Of a DNA stretch of 64,000 nucleotides, positions 11,902 through 22,150 are shown piece by piece (position 1 is the stretch's first letter; each line of letters begins with the position of its first letter). A program made the position numbers and the translations under genes. Under the pieces are notes generated by a model that saw only the letters and a list, made by a program, of their open reading frames with translations, did not search any database and was not told where the DNA came from. This DNA comes from Armatimonadota bacterium (GTDB taxonomy: Bacteria; Armatimonadota; SYMT01): the NCBI GenBank assembly GCA_046292385.1, contig JBKBRF010000004.1:111654-175653 (forward strand), given 5' to 3'.

Positions 11902-13769
11902 TGCTCCAACTCAAAGGTCCGGTGGAGCGCCCGAGCCGCCGCCGGCGCCTCTTCCATCCGCACTAGGCAGGAAACCGACTCCGGCGAGTCCGCCATCTGG
12001 AACATCCCGATTCCGGCCTGCTGCAGCGACTCGCCGATGCGGAGGAGGAACCCGGCCTCTTCCCACATGCTCACCGCCACCAGCGAGACGAGCTCACAAT
12101 TCTCGACCGACTCGAAGCTCACGCCGAACTCGCGGAGGATCTCCTCGACGCGACGGGCGGCGGACTGGTCGACGATAAAGCTCGACGTCCTGGGGCCGAT
12201 ACTGTTGAAGTAGAAGTTGATCTCGGCTTCGCCGATGGCCCGGTAGACGCGGTACTCGATCTCCGCGCGCTGGCCGTCGTCCCGGAGCTGCAGCGTAAAG
12301 TAGACCAGCCGGGAGAGGGTCGCCACGCCGGTCACCGCGCGCTTGGTGGGGGGCTCGATCTCCGCGAGCGGCGCCACCAGCGTTCCCGGCGAGCGGACGA
12401 AGCTCGACTTCACCCAGAGCGGAATCTGGTACCGCATCGCGATCTCTGCGGCGCGGGGATGCAGCACCTTCGCCCCGAGGTGCGCCATGTTGCACACCTC
12501 TTCGTAGGTCACCATCGAGAGTGTGTGCGCGTCCGGTACCACCTCCGGGTCGGCGGTCATCACGCCGTCCACGTGGGTGTAAATCTCCACCTTCTCCGCG
12601 CCGAGGGCGGCGGCGAGCGCGGAGGCGGTGGTATCGCTGCCCCCGCGGCCCAGCGTGGTGATCGCGCCCTGCTCCGTCACGCCCTGGAAGCCGGCCACCA
12701 CCACCACGTCGACTCCTTCTTCCAGAAGGAGCTTGCGGATGTAGGTGGGATCGATGTCGAGGATCTGCGCGTCGCCGTAGCGGTAGTCGGTCAGGATGCC
12801 GGCCTGTCCGCCGGTGAGCGCCACCGCCTGGATGCCGATCGCCTTCAGCGTCTGCGCCATGATGACGGTGGAGATGATCTCTCCGCACGCCATCAGCATG
12901 TCCCGCTCCCGCGGGGCGGGCTCCGTCCCCGCGTCGACCTGGCTCAGGTGGGAGAGGAGCGTATCGGTGGCGTACGGCTCGCCCATCCGGCCGATGGCGG
13001 AGACCACCACCACCGGCAGGTAGCCTTCCTCGATCGCCTCGTGCACTCGCTCGGCGGCGAGACGCCGCGCGTCCGCCGTGCCGACCGACCTCCCACCGAA
13101 CTTCTGCACCACGATCCGCGGCCGCTCCGGCGCGACCTGGAACTCCGCGCGGAGCCGGGCGACCGCCTCTTCCGCGCGGTGGGATTCCACCAGGCAGAAG
13201 ACGGTGTCCGGAGCGTCGCCGGTCTGCAGGATCGGGATCTGCGCCTCCAGCAGCGCCCCGGCGATACGCGCCATCACGCCTGGGATGCCGCGCATCCCGC
13301 CGGCTTTCACGGAGACCATCGCGACGGAAGGCGTGACCGTGCTCTCGAAGCCGGCCGCAGCCAGGACTCGCTCCGCGGCGGTCGCCTCGTCGGCATCGAC
13401 CACGAACGAGAGGCCGAGCGTGTTCAGCTTGACCAGGTTGATGCTGATGCCCGCTTCCGTCAGGGTGCGGTAGACCTGCAGCTCCTGCGCCAGCCGGTCC
13501 GCGTGTGCCCGAGGGGCGGGGGTGGGGAGGGAGACCGCAACGAAGGCGTAGACGCCTTGCGCAGAAACAGAGGTGACTCCACGCTCTTTCTCAAACGGGG
13601 CGCCGCTTCCGGTAGCGGGGGGAAGCAGGCCAAGCGTCTGCTGTCGCGGGTTCACCAAAACTGCTCCGAGGACTGCGGGTGCCGGCCAGGATCTGTTTGA
13701 GATACCGGTATTTCCAGTCCGCTCGGAGTGTATCACGGCGCCTGAACCCTGCCAAGCACCTTTTTTCAC
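11898..13769 (-). CDS. lysC: Aspartate kinase with an additional N-terminal ACT-domain region (start codon uncertain)
   Basis: Kinase core IVVQKFGGRSVGTADARRLAAERV...VVVVSAIGRMG followed by two C-terminal ACT domains. The N-terminal ~170 aa also read as coding (GC3 above 85%) and look like two further ACT-like units (ISINLVKLNTLGLSFVVDADEATAAERVL; MVSVKAGGMRGIPGVMARIAGALLEAQIPILQTG...VESHRAEEAVARLRAEF). The first ~60 codons of the track ORF have low GC3 and are probably non-coding. Candidate starts are TTG/GTG at ~13658/13655, or further downstream. Confidence 0.8.
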   Translation of the reverse strand: MKKGAWQGSGAVIHSERTGNTGISNRSWPAPAVLGAVLVNPRQQTLGLLPPATGSGAPFEKERGVTSVSAQGVYAFVAVSLPTPAPRAHADRLAQELQVYRTLTEAGISINLVKLNTLGLSFVVDADEATAAERVLAAAGFESTVTPSVAMVSVKAGGMRGIPGVMARIAGALLEAQIPILQTGDAPDTVFCLVESHRAEEAVARLRAEFQVAPERPRIVVQKFGGRSVGTADARRLAAERVHEAIEEGYLPVVVVSAIGRMGEPYATDTLLSHLSQVDAGTEPAPRERDMLMACGEIISTVIMAQTLKAIGIQAVALTGGQAGILTDYRYGDAQILDIDPTYIRKLLLEEGVDVVVVAGFQGVTEQGAITTLGRGGSDTTASALAAALGAEKVEIYTHVDGVMTADPEVVPDAHTLSMVTYEEVCNMAHLGAKVLHPRAAEIAMRYQIPLWVKSSFVRSPGTLVAPLAEIEPPTKRAVTGVATLSRLVYFTLQLRDDGQRAEIEYRVYRAIGEAEINFYFNSIGPRTSSFIVDQSAARRVEEILREFGVSFESVENCELVSLVAVSMWEEAGFLLRIGESLQQAGIGMFQMADSPESVSCLVRMEEAPAAARALHRTFELEQ

Positions 13770-13878
13770 AAGCGAGGCGACTGAGGCAGCAGCAGACGGA
13801 CCGACAGGTGAATTCCGGACCTCGGGTGATGGAGCGCCACGGGAGGGCTGCTCCGGTTTGGCTTGGGGGGAGAAAGAG

Positions 13879-13965
13879 AATGAGAACGAGAATGAGTAGG
13901 AGCTAGGCCGCCTGGCTGCCCATCGCCCTATCTCCAGCTCATCCCCTTCTCTCCTTACTTACACC
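13879..13965. repeat. ~90-bp intergenic hairpin repeat, copy A (related copy at 18761-18850)
   Basis: gagaatgagaacgagaatgagtaggagctaggccgcctggctgcccatcgccctatctccagctcatcccc aligns at ~75% identity with the element downstream of dnaA. It contains an imperfect inverted repeat (gaatgagtaggagctagg / cctatctccagctcatcc). Confidence 0.5.
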
Positions 13966-13970
13966 TGCGC

Positions 13971-14618
13971 CTACGCAGCGCTCTCCTGCAGCTGCGCCCA
14001 GGAGACTTCTCCGCGGGCGGTTTCCAGGTCGAGCTCGGAATCGGGGCCGAGACGCGCTTCCAGCTCATCGATGCCGGCGGCGCAGATCGCTTCATACCAG
14101 CCGTCGAAGTGGCGGCGCGCGGCGGCGACCAGCGCCGACGCATACTCGGACGCGTCGGTGACGCGGAGGCTGCTGCCTTCGGACTGGAGACGGCGGAGCT
14201 CCTCCAGCACCTCGTCCGCGCTCCACCGGCGGTGGCGGCGGATCTCTTCGTAGTCGAGGCCGGCCGCTTCGATGGTGCGCTGCCAGCTCCCGAAGCGGTT
14301 CGACCGCACGGCGGCGGCGGCGAGCGCCGGGTCGAGCTCGGTGGAGACGTGCCGCCAGGAGAGGTCCTCCCCGGCTGCGTGGTACTCCCGCAGCTTGTTC
14401 AGGATTCGGTCGCGGGTCCAGACCTTGTAGAGGCGGATCTCCTCGTAGTCGAGCCCGGCATACTCCACCGCCGCTCGCCACGAGCCGAAGTGCCGGGTCG
14501 CGGCGCGCAGGAGGCGGAGGTTCCGCTTCTGCATCTCTCCATAACTGAGCGGCTCCTGCGCGGCGTGGCTGCGCAGGATCTCGACGGCGATCTCTTCCTT
14601 CGACCAGCGGGCGACCAT
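13971..14618 (-). CDS. Protein made of three tandem homing-endonuclease-associated (HEAR / HNH_repeat-like) repeats
   Basis: Three ~60-aa repeats of the pattern W-S-K/R-E-E-I...R-H-F-G-S-W...A-G-L-D-Y-E-E-I-R. Examples: WSKEEIAVEILRS...RHFGSWRAAVEYAGLDYEEIRL; WTRDRILNKLREY...NRFGSWQRTIEAAGLDYEEIRR; WSADEVLEELRRL...RHFDGWYEAICAAGIDELE. Confidence 0.5.
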   Translation of the reverse strand: MVARWSKEEIAVEILRSHAAQEPLSYGEMQKRNLRLLRAATRHFGSWRAAVEYAGLDYEEIRLYKVWTRDRILNKLREYHAAGEDLSWRHVSTELDPALAAAAVRSNRFGSWQRTIEAAGLDYEEIRRHRRWSADEVLEELRRLQSEGSSLRVTDASEYASALVAAARRHFDGWYEAICAAGIDELEARLGPDSELDLETARGEVSWAQLQESAA

Positions 14619-14906
14619 GAGCGTCCTCGTATCACAACTCGACTGCCGCGCTCACGACGGGCAGCGCCGAATTATAGGAAGGCCGAACGGCGCGCGTAAA
14701 CGGCCTGTGCGGTTGCGAATGCTGGGCGGTTCTGTGACGCACGGGGAGCCGCCGCAGGGTGTGACCCGGAGCACGCCACCCCGCGGATATACTTGTTACA
14801 GCCTATCCCGTTAGGGAGAGGGAGCTGCGGGCGGTTGCGGTCCTACGGGGGCCGGAGCCGGCGAGCTGCTGAATCGGCGTAGGCGAAGTTGCTCAGGAGA
14901 ACAGGT

Positions 14907-15425
14907 GTGCCCCACTTCATAGCCGGCATCTATCGAGACCGCGGACTGGCCGACCGGGTGGTGACCTCGCTGCTCGACGCGGGAGTGCCGAGCGGTGACA
15001 TCTCGATCGTCTTCCGCGAAGAGGCGGAGGAGGACGTGACCGAGCGGGACGAGCTGCTGCAGGAAGGCAACCCGTTCGCCGACCTGGCGGTCCATTCCGG
15101 ATGGGAGCGCCTCGGCTGGCAGGGGGGCGCCCGCCCGCCGTATCGGGACAAGATCGCGCCGAAGATCGACTTCGCCCTGATTGCCGCCGGGCCGGTGGCG
15201 ATCGCGATCGGCGGGGCGCAGCTCGGCGCCTGCTCCGGCGGGGTGGTGGGGGCGATGGACAACTTCGGCTTCCCGCTCGACCTGGCGCGGAGCTGGCGGG
15301 AGCGCGTGGTCGGTGGCGGCGCCTGGGTGATGGCGCGGGTGCAGGCCGACGATGCCGGCCGGGTGAAGGGGCTGATGGAAAAGCACGGCTGGGAGATGCC
15401 GGCCGAGTCGATCCGGCACTGGTAG
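14907..15425 (+). CDS. YflT/general-stress-protein-17M-like protein with a glycine-zipper membrane segment
   Basis: AGGAGA, 5 nt, then GTG start. The N-terminal domain (PHFIAGIYRDRGLADRVVTSLLDAGVPSGDISIVFRE) resembles heat-induced YflT. The C-terminal part is Gly/Ala-rich (AIAIGGAQLGACSGGVVGAM). Confidence 0.4.
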   Translation: MPHFIAGIYRDRGLADRVVTSLLDAGVPSGDISIVFREEAEEDVTERDELLQEGNPFADLAVHSGWERLGWQGGARPPYRDKIAPKIDFALIAAGPVAIAIGGAQLGACSGGVVGAMDNFGFPLDLARSWRERVVGGGAWVMARVQADDAGRVKGLMEKHGWEMPAESIRHW

Positions 15426-15507
15426 CCGACAGCTTTTGAAGTGGAATCGCGAGAAAGGCGGGCCCGGCTGGGCCCGCCTTTCCACGTTTATCGCGATGTG
15501 TGCTCGG

Positions 15508-15879
15508 CTACTCGCCGGTGGTCGTTCCGGTGTCGGTTCCGGTCGTTCCGCTATCCGTGGCGCCGCTGTCGGTCGCCGGGGGCGTGATGTTGATATCGGT
15601 GTCGCCGGCCGGGGCACCCGGGGCGCCCGGAGCACCCTGCGGTCCCGCGGGACCCTGCGGGCCCGGCACCGGCACCGGGATGATCGAAGGCGACGGACTC
15701 GGCTGCGGATTCGACGGCTGGACGATCGTCACGTCCCCGCCCCGGTCCGGGGTCTCGGCGTTGACACGCGGCTGCCACCAGGCGAAATATCCAATCAGCA
15801 GCGCGAACAGGGCTACGACCAGAACGATCGCCATGGTCCCCCACGCGGAGCTGTCATCGTCTCGATAAACTACAGGCAT
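15508..15879 (-). CDS. Small membrane-anchored protein with a collagen-like G-X-Y tract
   Basis: Transmembrane helix MAIVLVVALFALLIGYFAWW, then a Pro-rich segment and GPQGPAGPQGAPGAPGAP triplets, then a Thr/Gly/Asp-rich tail. I preferred it over the overlapping Arg-rich plus-strand ORF 15436-16056. Confidence 0.35.
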   Translation of the reverse strand: MPVVYRDDDSSAWGTMAIVLVVALFALLIGYFAWWQPRVNAETPDRGGDVTIVQPSNPQPSPSPSIIPVPVPGPQGPAGPQGAPGAPGAPAGDTDINITPPATDSGATDSGTTGTDTGTTTGE

Positions 15880-16052
15880 CTTGTGTTCCCTCTTTCAGAG
15901 GTCCGCCCCACGGCGGCTCCGGCCGTTGATACCCGGGCGCTGGTGGCGGTAAACGTGACCCGGAGATCAATCCGCTCCCCTCGGGACGGTGCGACTGTTT
16001 CCAGGAGAGATGCCGCTCTCTCCGGCCCTGTGGCAGTGGCGGCCCGGCTTCC

Positions 16053-16763
16053 ATGAATCCGGCCGTCCGGCTCCGAGTGGCCACCTTCAACATCCACGGC
16101 GGGCGCCCGGCCCGGGGACCGGCCGACCTGCGCGCGGTCGCCCGCGTGATCCGCGAGCTGGAAGCGGACGTGGTAGGCCTTCAGGAAGTGCACCGCTGGC
16201 TGCCGCCGCCGTACGTCTTCCGGAATCAACCTCGAATCCTCGCCTCGCTCACCGGGATGCACGTCACCTTCCGTCCCAGCTTCGCGCTGGGACCGCTGGC
16301 GTACGGCAACGCCATTCTCAGCCGGAATCGGCCGGAGCGGGCCGCGCGCGTGCGGCTGCCGGGGAGAGGGGAGCCGCGGAGCCTGCTGCACGCAGAGCTC
16401 GTGCTCGGGAGCGCCCGGTTCGCGCTGCTCTGCACCCACCTGAGCCTCCGCCCCGGCGAGCGGGAACGCCAGGCGGCCTCGATTCGAGAGTACCGCCGGC
16501 GGCTGGAGCGGCCGTCGGTGTTGCTGGCGGACCTGAATGCGCGCTCCGATTCCGAATTGGTCGCCAACCTGCACCCGGCGCCGCTTCCGCGGCCCGAGAG
16601 AGGCTATCCGCCGACCTACCCCGCGGAGAATCCGGAGTTCTGCCTCGACTACATCCTCCCTTCGGAAGAGTGGGAGATCGAACGGTACGAGGCGGTGTCG
16701 ACCGGCGTCAGCGACCATCTACCGGTAGTCGCGGAACTGGTGTGGAGGCGCCCGAACGGCTGA
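16053..16763 (+). CDS. Endonuclease/exonuclease/phosphatase (EEP) family protein
   Basis: VATFNIHGG near the N terminus, ADVVGLQEV, and the C-terminal SDHLPVVAEL catalytic motif. Confidence 0.8.
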   Translation: MNPAVRLRVATFNIHGGRPARGPADLRAVARVIRELEADVVGLQEVHRWLPPPYVFRNQPRILASLTGMHVTFRPSFALGPLAYGNAILSRNRPERAARVRLPGRGEPRSLLHAELVLGSARFALLCTHLSLRPGERERQAASIREYRRRLERPSVLLADLNARSDSELVANLHPAPLPRPERGYPPTYPAENPEFCLDYILPSEEWEIERYEAVSTGVSDHLPVVAELVWRRPNG

Positions 16764-17232
16764 GACGGCGCGCCGGGAGAGGGCAGTATCCGGGCCTGCT
16801 GTCAACCGATTCGGCGTGGCAGATTGGGGCGCTGCGAGAGGCACCCATTGCCACGAAATCGGGGTCGCGACCGAGGAGGCGTTTCGGTTACCTTAACGGA
16901 AGCTGAAGCTGTCCCGGGACCGGAGCGGCGGATGATTGCCCGCCGCCGAGAGGGTCTTCTGGACCACCGGGCGAACAGGCTTTCGCGTTGTGGGCGGGTC
17001 GGGCGGATGATATACTCTCCGCACCGGTTCTTCTGCTCTTCGACCGGGGTGAGGCCGGTGCTCTCCGCCTTGAGCGCCGCACCCCTGGCCCCTCGGAGCG
17101 ACCTCGCCGCAACCCGCGACGCGTCACTGACCGGTTCGCCCGACCCACACTTCTGCGCGGCGCAGCCCGCGGCGGTTTTTGCGTCTGGCTCACCAGAACC
17201 GAAACCTTTCTAACGGTCTAAAAGCGTCGACG

Positions 17233-18648
17233 ATGCGCCACCAGCTCCGCCTGGAAATCGAGGAAACCGGACCGCTCCACGAGCTGTGGTCGGAGGTGCT
17301 GCAGGCTGCGGAGACGCGGCTGGGCCGGGAGTCGGTGGAGAGCTGGCTTAAGGACACGGGGCCCGTCTCCCTGGAAGAAGGGGTGCTGACGATCGGCGCT
17401 CCGAACAGCACCGCGCGCACCTGGATCGAGAAGAAGTACGCCGGGGTCCTCGCCGAGGTGCTGGAGCAGGTCCACGGCGAGTCCGCCCGGATCGCGGTGG
17501 TAGTCCGCTCCCGCAAGAAGGGGGCCGAGCCGTCGCAGGCCGCCGCCGCTCCCAAGGCCGCTCCCGCGCCGCCGGCGCAGCCCGCGCGCCCCGTGCCGTC
17601 GCCGCTCTTCGCGCCGCTGCCGCTGAACGAGAAATACACCTTCGAGAACTACGTGGTGGGGCAGTCGAACCGCTTCGCCCACGCGGCGGCCGCGGCGGTG
17701 GCGGACCGGCCCGGGCGCGAGTTCAACCCCCTCTTCATCTACGGCGGGGTCGGCCTCGGCAAGACCCACCTGCTCCAGGCGATCGGCCACGGCCTGCGCG
17801 CGAAGAACCCGCGCGCCCGGGTCGCCTACGTCTCCGGCGAGACGTTTACCAGCCACTTCATCACCAGCCTGCGTGAGCACCGGGAAGAGGAGTTCCGACG
17901 GGCCTACCGGGGGGTCGACATCTGGTTGGTGGACGATATCCAGTTCATCGCGGACAAGACCAGCACCAAGGAAGAGTTCTTCCACACCTTCAACGAGCTC
18001 TACCTGACGAACCGGCAGATCGTGCTCGCGTCCGACCGCCCCCCGCGCGAGCTGCGGCTGATGGAAGACCGCCTCCGGACCCGCCTGGAATCGGGTCTGC
18101 TGGTGGAGATCGCGGCGCCCGAGCTGGAGACCCGCATGGCGATCCTGCAGAAACGGGCGGAGCTGGAAGGGGCGGACGTGCCGCCGGAGCTGGTCTACCA
18201 GATCGCGCGGACCGTCACCACGAACGTCCGCGTGCTGGAGGCGGCGCTCATCCGCATGCTCGCGCTCGCCTCCCTCAACAACTGCGGCCTCACCCCGGAG
18301 CTCGCCGGCCGGGCCCTGGCGGCCTTCGTGCAGGAGAGCCAGATCGCCGCCGTCAGCCTCCTCGCCATCCAGCGAGCCGTCTCCGAGCAGTTCAAGGTGC
18401 CGGAGCAGGAGCTGACCGGACCCCGGCGCGACCGCCACACCAGCCTGGCGCGGCAGGTGGCGATGTACCTGATGCGCGAGCTGACCCGCAAGTCGCTCTC
18501 CGAGATCGGAGAAGCGTTCGGCGGGAAGTCGCATTCTACCGTGCTCTACTCCTGCTCCAAGCTGGAGAAGGAGATGCAGCAGGACCCCTCGCTGCAGACC
18601 CTGGTCCGCGCCCTCCGCACCCGCATCGCCGGCCACGCCGGGGAGTGA
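17233..18648 (+). CDS. dnaA: Chromosomal replication initiator protein DnaA
   Basis: Domain I (LWSEVLQAAETRLGRESVESWL), AAA+ Walker A NPLFIYGGVGLGKTHLLQAIGH, and the domain IV DNA-binding region (SLSEIGEAFGGKSHSTVLYSCSKLEKEM). Start set at the internal MRHQ Met. Confidence 0.95.
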   Translation: MRHQLRLEIEETGPLHELWSEVLQAAETRLGRESVESWLKDTGPVSLEEGVLTIGAPNSTARTWIEKKYAGVLAEVLEQVHGESARIAVVVRSRKKGAEPSQAAAAPKAAPAPPAQPARPVPSPLFAPLPLNEKYTFENYVVGQSNRFAHAAAAAVADRPGREFNPLFIYGGVGLGKTHLLQAIGHGLRAKNPRARVAYVSGETFTSHFITSLREHREEEFRRAYRGVDIWLVDDIQFIADKTSTKEEFFHTFNELYLTNRQIVLASDRPPRELRLMEDRLRTRLESGLLVEIAAPELETRMAILQKRAELEGADVPPELVYQIARTVTTNVRVLEAALIRMLALASLNNCGLTPELAGRALAAFVQESQIAAVSLLAIQRAVSEQFKVPEQELTGPRRDRHTSLARQVAMYLMRELTRKSLSEIGEAFGGKSHSTVLYSCSKLEKEMQQDPSLQTLVRALRTRIAGHAGE

Positions 18649-18760
18649 CGAGCCCTTTCGCAGGGCGGAGTGCAGAGCACGGAGTGCGGAATTCCGAACC
18701 TCCGGCACGGGGGAGCCACTTGCTCGCGTGGAACTACGCCGGTTCGGACCGCCTTCTTGA

Positions 18761-18850
18761 GTAAGAGTGGGAGAACGAGTAGCGGCAAAGCCCGCCTGGC
18801 AGTTCATCTCCGTATCTCCAACTCATCCCCCTATCTCCTCTTCTTACACA
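18761..18850. repeat. ~90-bp intergenic hairpin repeat, copy B (related to 13879-13965)
   Basis: gagtaagagtgggagaacgagtagcggcaaagcccgcctggcagttcatctccgtatctccaactcatcccc aligns with copy A. It sits between dnaA and sucC, and a TTATCCGTC (DnaA-box-like) motif lies just downstream. Confidence 0.5.
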
Positions 18851-18957
18851 GGTTCGGCTCTGTCCCTTATCCGTCCGAAGTCCCGTGATACGATTGGAAG
18901 GACTACGGTGGGGGAGTGCTCCGGCACGAGAGTCTCCCCACTGCAAGGAGACTTTCC

Positions 18958-20127
<1,170 letters not shown>

Positions 20128-20135
20128 GAGCGAAC

Positions 20136-21011
20136 ATGTCCGTTTGGGTTAACCGCGATACTCGCGTTGTGGTCCAGGGAATCACCGGCAGCGCCGGCTC
20201 CTTCCACGCGCGCCAGATGCTGGAGTACGGGACCGCCGTGGTCGCCGGCGTCACGCCGGGCAAGGGCGGCACGCAATTCGAGGACCGGGTGCCAATCTTC
20301 AACACCGTCCGCGAGGCGGTGCAGGAGACCGGCGCCAACGCCAGCGTGGTCTTTGTCCCGCCGCCGTTCGCCGCCGACGCCATCCTCGAGGCGGCCGATG
20401 CCGGCGTCGGCCTCTGCGTGGTGATCACCGAAGGCATTCCGGTGCTCGACATGGTCCGCGTGAAGCGGGCTCTCTCCGACTCGCCGATGCGCTACATCGG
20501 CCCGAACTGCCCCGGCATCATCACCCCCGGCGAGTGCAAGATCGGCATCATGCCGGGCCACATCCACAAGCCGGGCGACATCGGCGTGGTCAGCCGCTCC
20601 GGCACGCTCACCTACGAGGCGGTCGACCAGCTCACCCGCCTCGGCCTGGGGCAGAGCACCGCCATCGGCATCGGCGGCGACCCGGTGAACGGTACCAACT
20701 TCATCGACGCCCTCGCCGCCTTCGAGAACGATCCCGGCACCCGCGCGATCATCATGATCGGCGAGATCGGGGGCACGGCGGAAGAGGAAGCGGCCGCCTG
20801 GGCGCAGGAGAACGTGACGAAGCCGATCGTCGCCTTCATCGCCGGCCAGACCGCCCCGCCCGGACGGCGGATGGGCCACGCGGGCGCCATCATCGCCGGC
20901 GGCAAGGGCACGGCGGCGGAGAAGATGCGGGCGCTGCGAGAGGCCGGCATCACGGTAGTCGAGAGCCCGGCCGACATGGGCTCCACGCTCGCCGCGCGGC
21001 TGCAGTCCTGA
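20136..21011 (+). CDS. sucD: Succinyl-CoA synthetase alpha subunit
   Basis: 291 aa. CoA-binding [10 protein letters not shown] and the phospho-His region SRSGTLTYE. Confidence 0.95.
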   Translation: MSVWVNRDTRVVVQGITGSAGSFHARQMLEYGTAVVAGVTPGKGGTQFEDRVPIFNTVREAVQETGANASVVFVPPPFAADAILEAADAGVGLCVVITEGIPVLDMVRVKRALSDSPMRYIGPNCPGIITPGECKIGIMPGHIHKPGDIGVVSRSGTLTYEAVDQLTRLGLGQSTAIGIGGDPVNGTNFIDALAAFENDPGTRAIIMIGEIGGTAEEEAAAWAQENVTKPIVAFIAGQTAPPGRRMGHAGAIIAGGKGTAAEKMRALREAGITVVESPADMGSTLAARLQS

Positions 21012-21027
21012 TCCGAGGAGAGATTGA

Positions 21028-22044
21028 ATGGCTTACCTGACCGATAAGAAGGTCGCGATCATGGGAGCGGCGGGCGCCATCGGCTCCACGCTGGTGCAGG
21101 ACCTGCTCTCGACCGGCACTGCGAACCACATCGCGATGTACGACCCGTTCGCGCAGGGCCTGGAAGGCGCGGCGGAAGAGATCTACCACTGCGGCTACCC
21201 CGGCCAGCGCGTCACCTGGACCACCGATCCGGCCGAGGCGCTGCGGGACGCGGCCTACATCATCTCCTCCGGCGGCGCGCCGCGGAAGGAAGGGATGACG
21301 CGCGAGGACCTCTTGAAGGGCAACTGCGAGATCGCCAAGGGACTCGGCGAGAGCATCAAGCAGTACGCGCCGAACGCGGAGTACGTGGTGATCATCTTCA
21401 ACCCGGCCGACATTACCGGCCTCACCACCCTCGTCTACTCCGGCCTCAAGCCGGGCTGCGTCAGCACGCTCGCCGCGCTCGACAGCACCCGCCTGCAGAC
21501 GAAGCTGATGCAGCACTTCGGCGTGGCGCAGGACGAGGTGACCGGCTGCAAGACCTACGGCGGTCACGGCGAGAAGATGGCGGTCTTCAAGGGCGACCTG
21601 GCGATCCAGGGCGTGAAGCTGACCGACATCCTGAACGGCGGCGCGACGGTGAACGGCCGCGGCATGTCGCAAGACGAGTGGACCGCGGTGCAGGACCACG
21701 TCCGCAGCGGCGGCGCCCGCATCATCAAGCTGCGCGGCCGCTCATCCTGGCAGAGCCCCGCCCACCAGAGCATCGAGATGCTCCGCGGCCGCATCCGGAA
21801 CGGCGGCTACCCCTGGCCGTGCGGCGTCTATTTCGGCGAGGGCGAGTTCAAGAACGTGATGATGGCGGCCGACGTGGAGTTCACGCCGGACGGCATGGTC
21901 CCGCAGCCCCCGCAGGGCGATGAGGAAGACATGGCCGCGCTCCGCGACAGCTACCATCACCTCTGCCAGCTCCGCGACCAGGTGATCGGCTTCGGGACGC
22001 TTCCGCCGGTCGACCGATGGAAAGAGCTCAACCCGCACCTCTAA
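21028..22044 (+). CDS. mdh: Malate dehydrogenase (LDH/MDH superfamily)
   Basis: KVAIMGAAGAIGS Rossmann motif. Clustered with sucCD. Confidence 0.85.
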   Translation: MAYLTDKKVAIMGAAGAIGSTLVQDLLSTGTANHIAMYDPFAQGLEGAAEEIYHCGYPGQRVTWTTDPAEALRDAAYIISSGGAPRKEGMTREDLLKGNCEIAKGLGESIKQYAPNAEYVVIIFNPADITGLTTLVYSGLKPGCVSTLAALDSTRLQTKLMQHFGVAQDEVTGCKTYGGHGEKMAVFKGDLAIQGVKLTDILNGGATVNGRGMSQDEWTAVQDHVRSGGARIIKLRGRSSWQSPAHQSIEMLRGRIRNGGYPWPCGVYFGEGEFKNVMMAADVEFTPDGMVPQPPQGDEEDMAALRDSYHHLCQLRDQVIGFGTLPPVDRWKELNPHL

Positions 22045-22150
22045 ACGGTGAGGTAGTGAGGAACGGGGAGGGCGCCGGAAGCGGCGCCCTCTTCTACGTA
22101 CCGGCAACTTCTGCACGGGCAGCGAGTCTCTCCTGAGTGGAGGACTCCCC

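Noticed and set aside
13650-13770. Possible lysine riboswitch (L-box) in the aspartate kinase leader
   Set aside because: GAGGCG-like fragments are present, but I could not recognise the conserved L-box helices. I did not claim it, and an Infernal scan would decide.
16764-17232. Search for canonical DnaA boxes (TTATCCACA/TGTGGATAA) or an rpmH gene upstream of dnaA
   Set aside because: No perfect or near-perfect boxes were seen by eye, and no Lys/Arg-rich 45-aa rpmH-like ORF. The origin call is therefore left as an inference from gene order and strand switch only.
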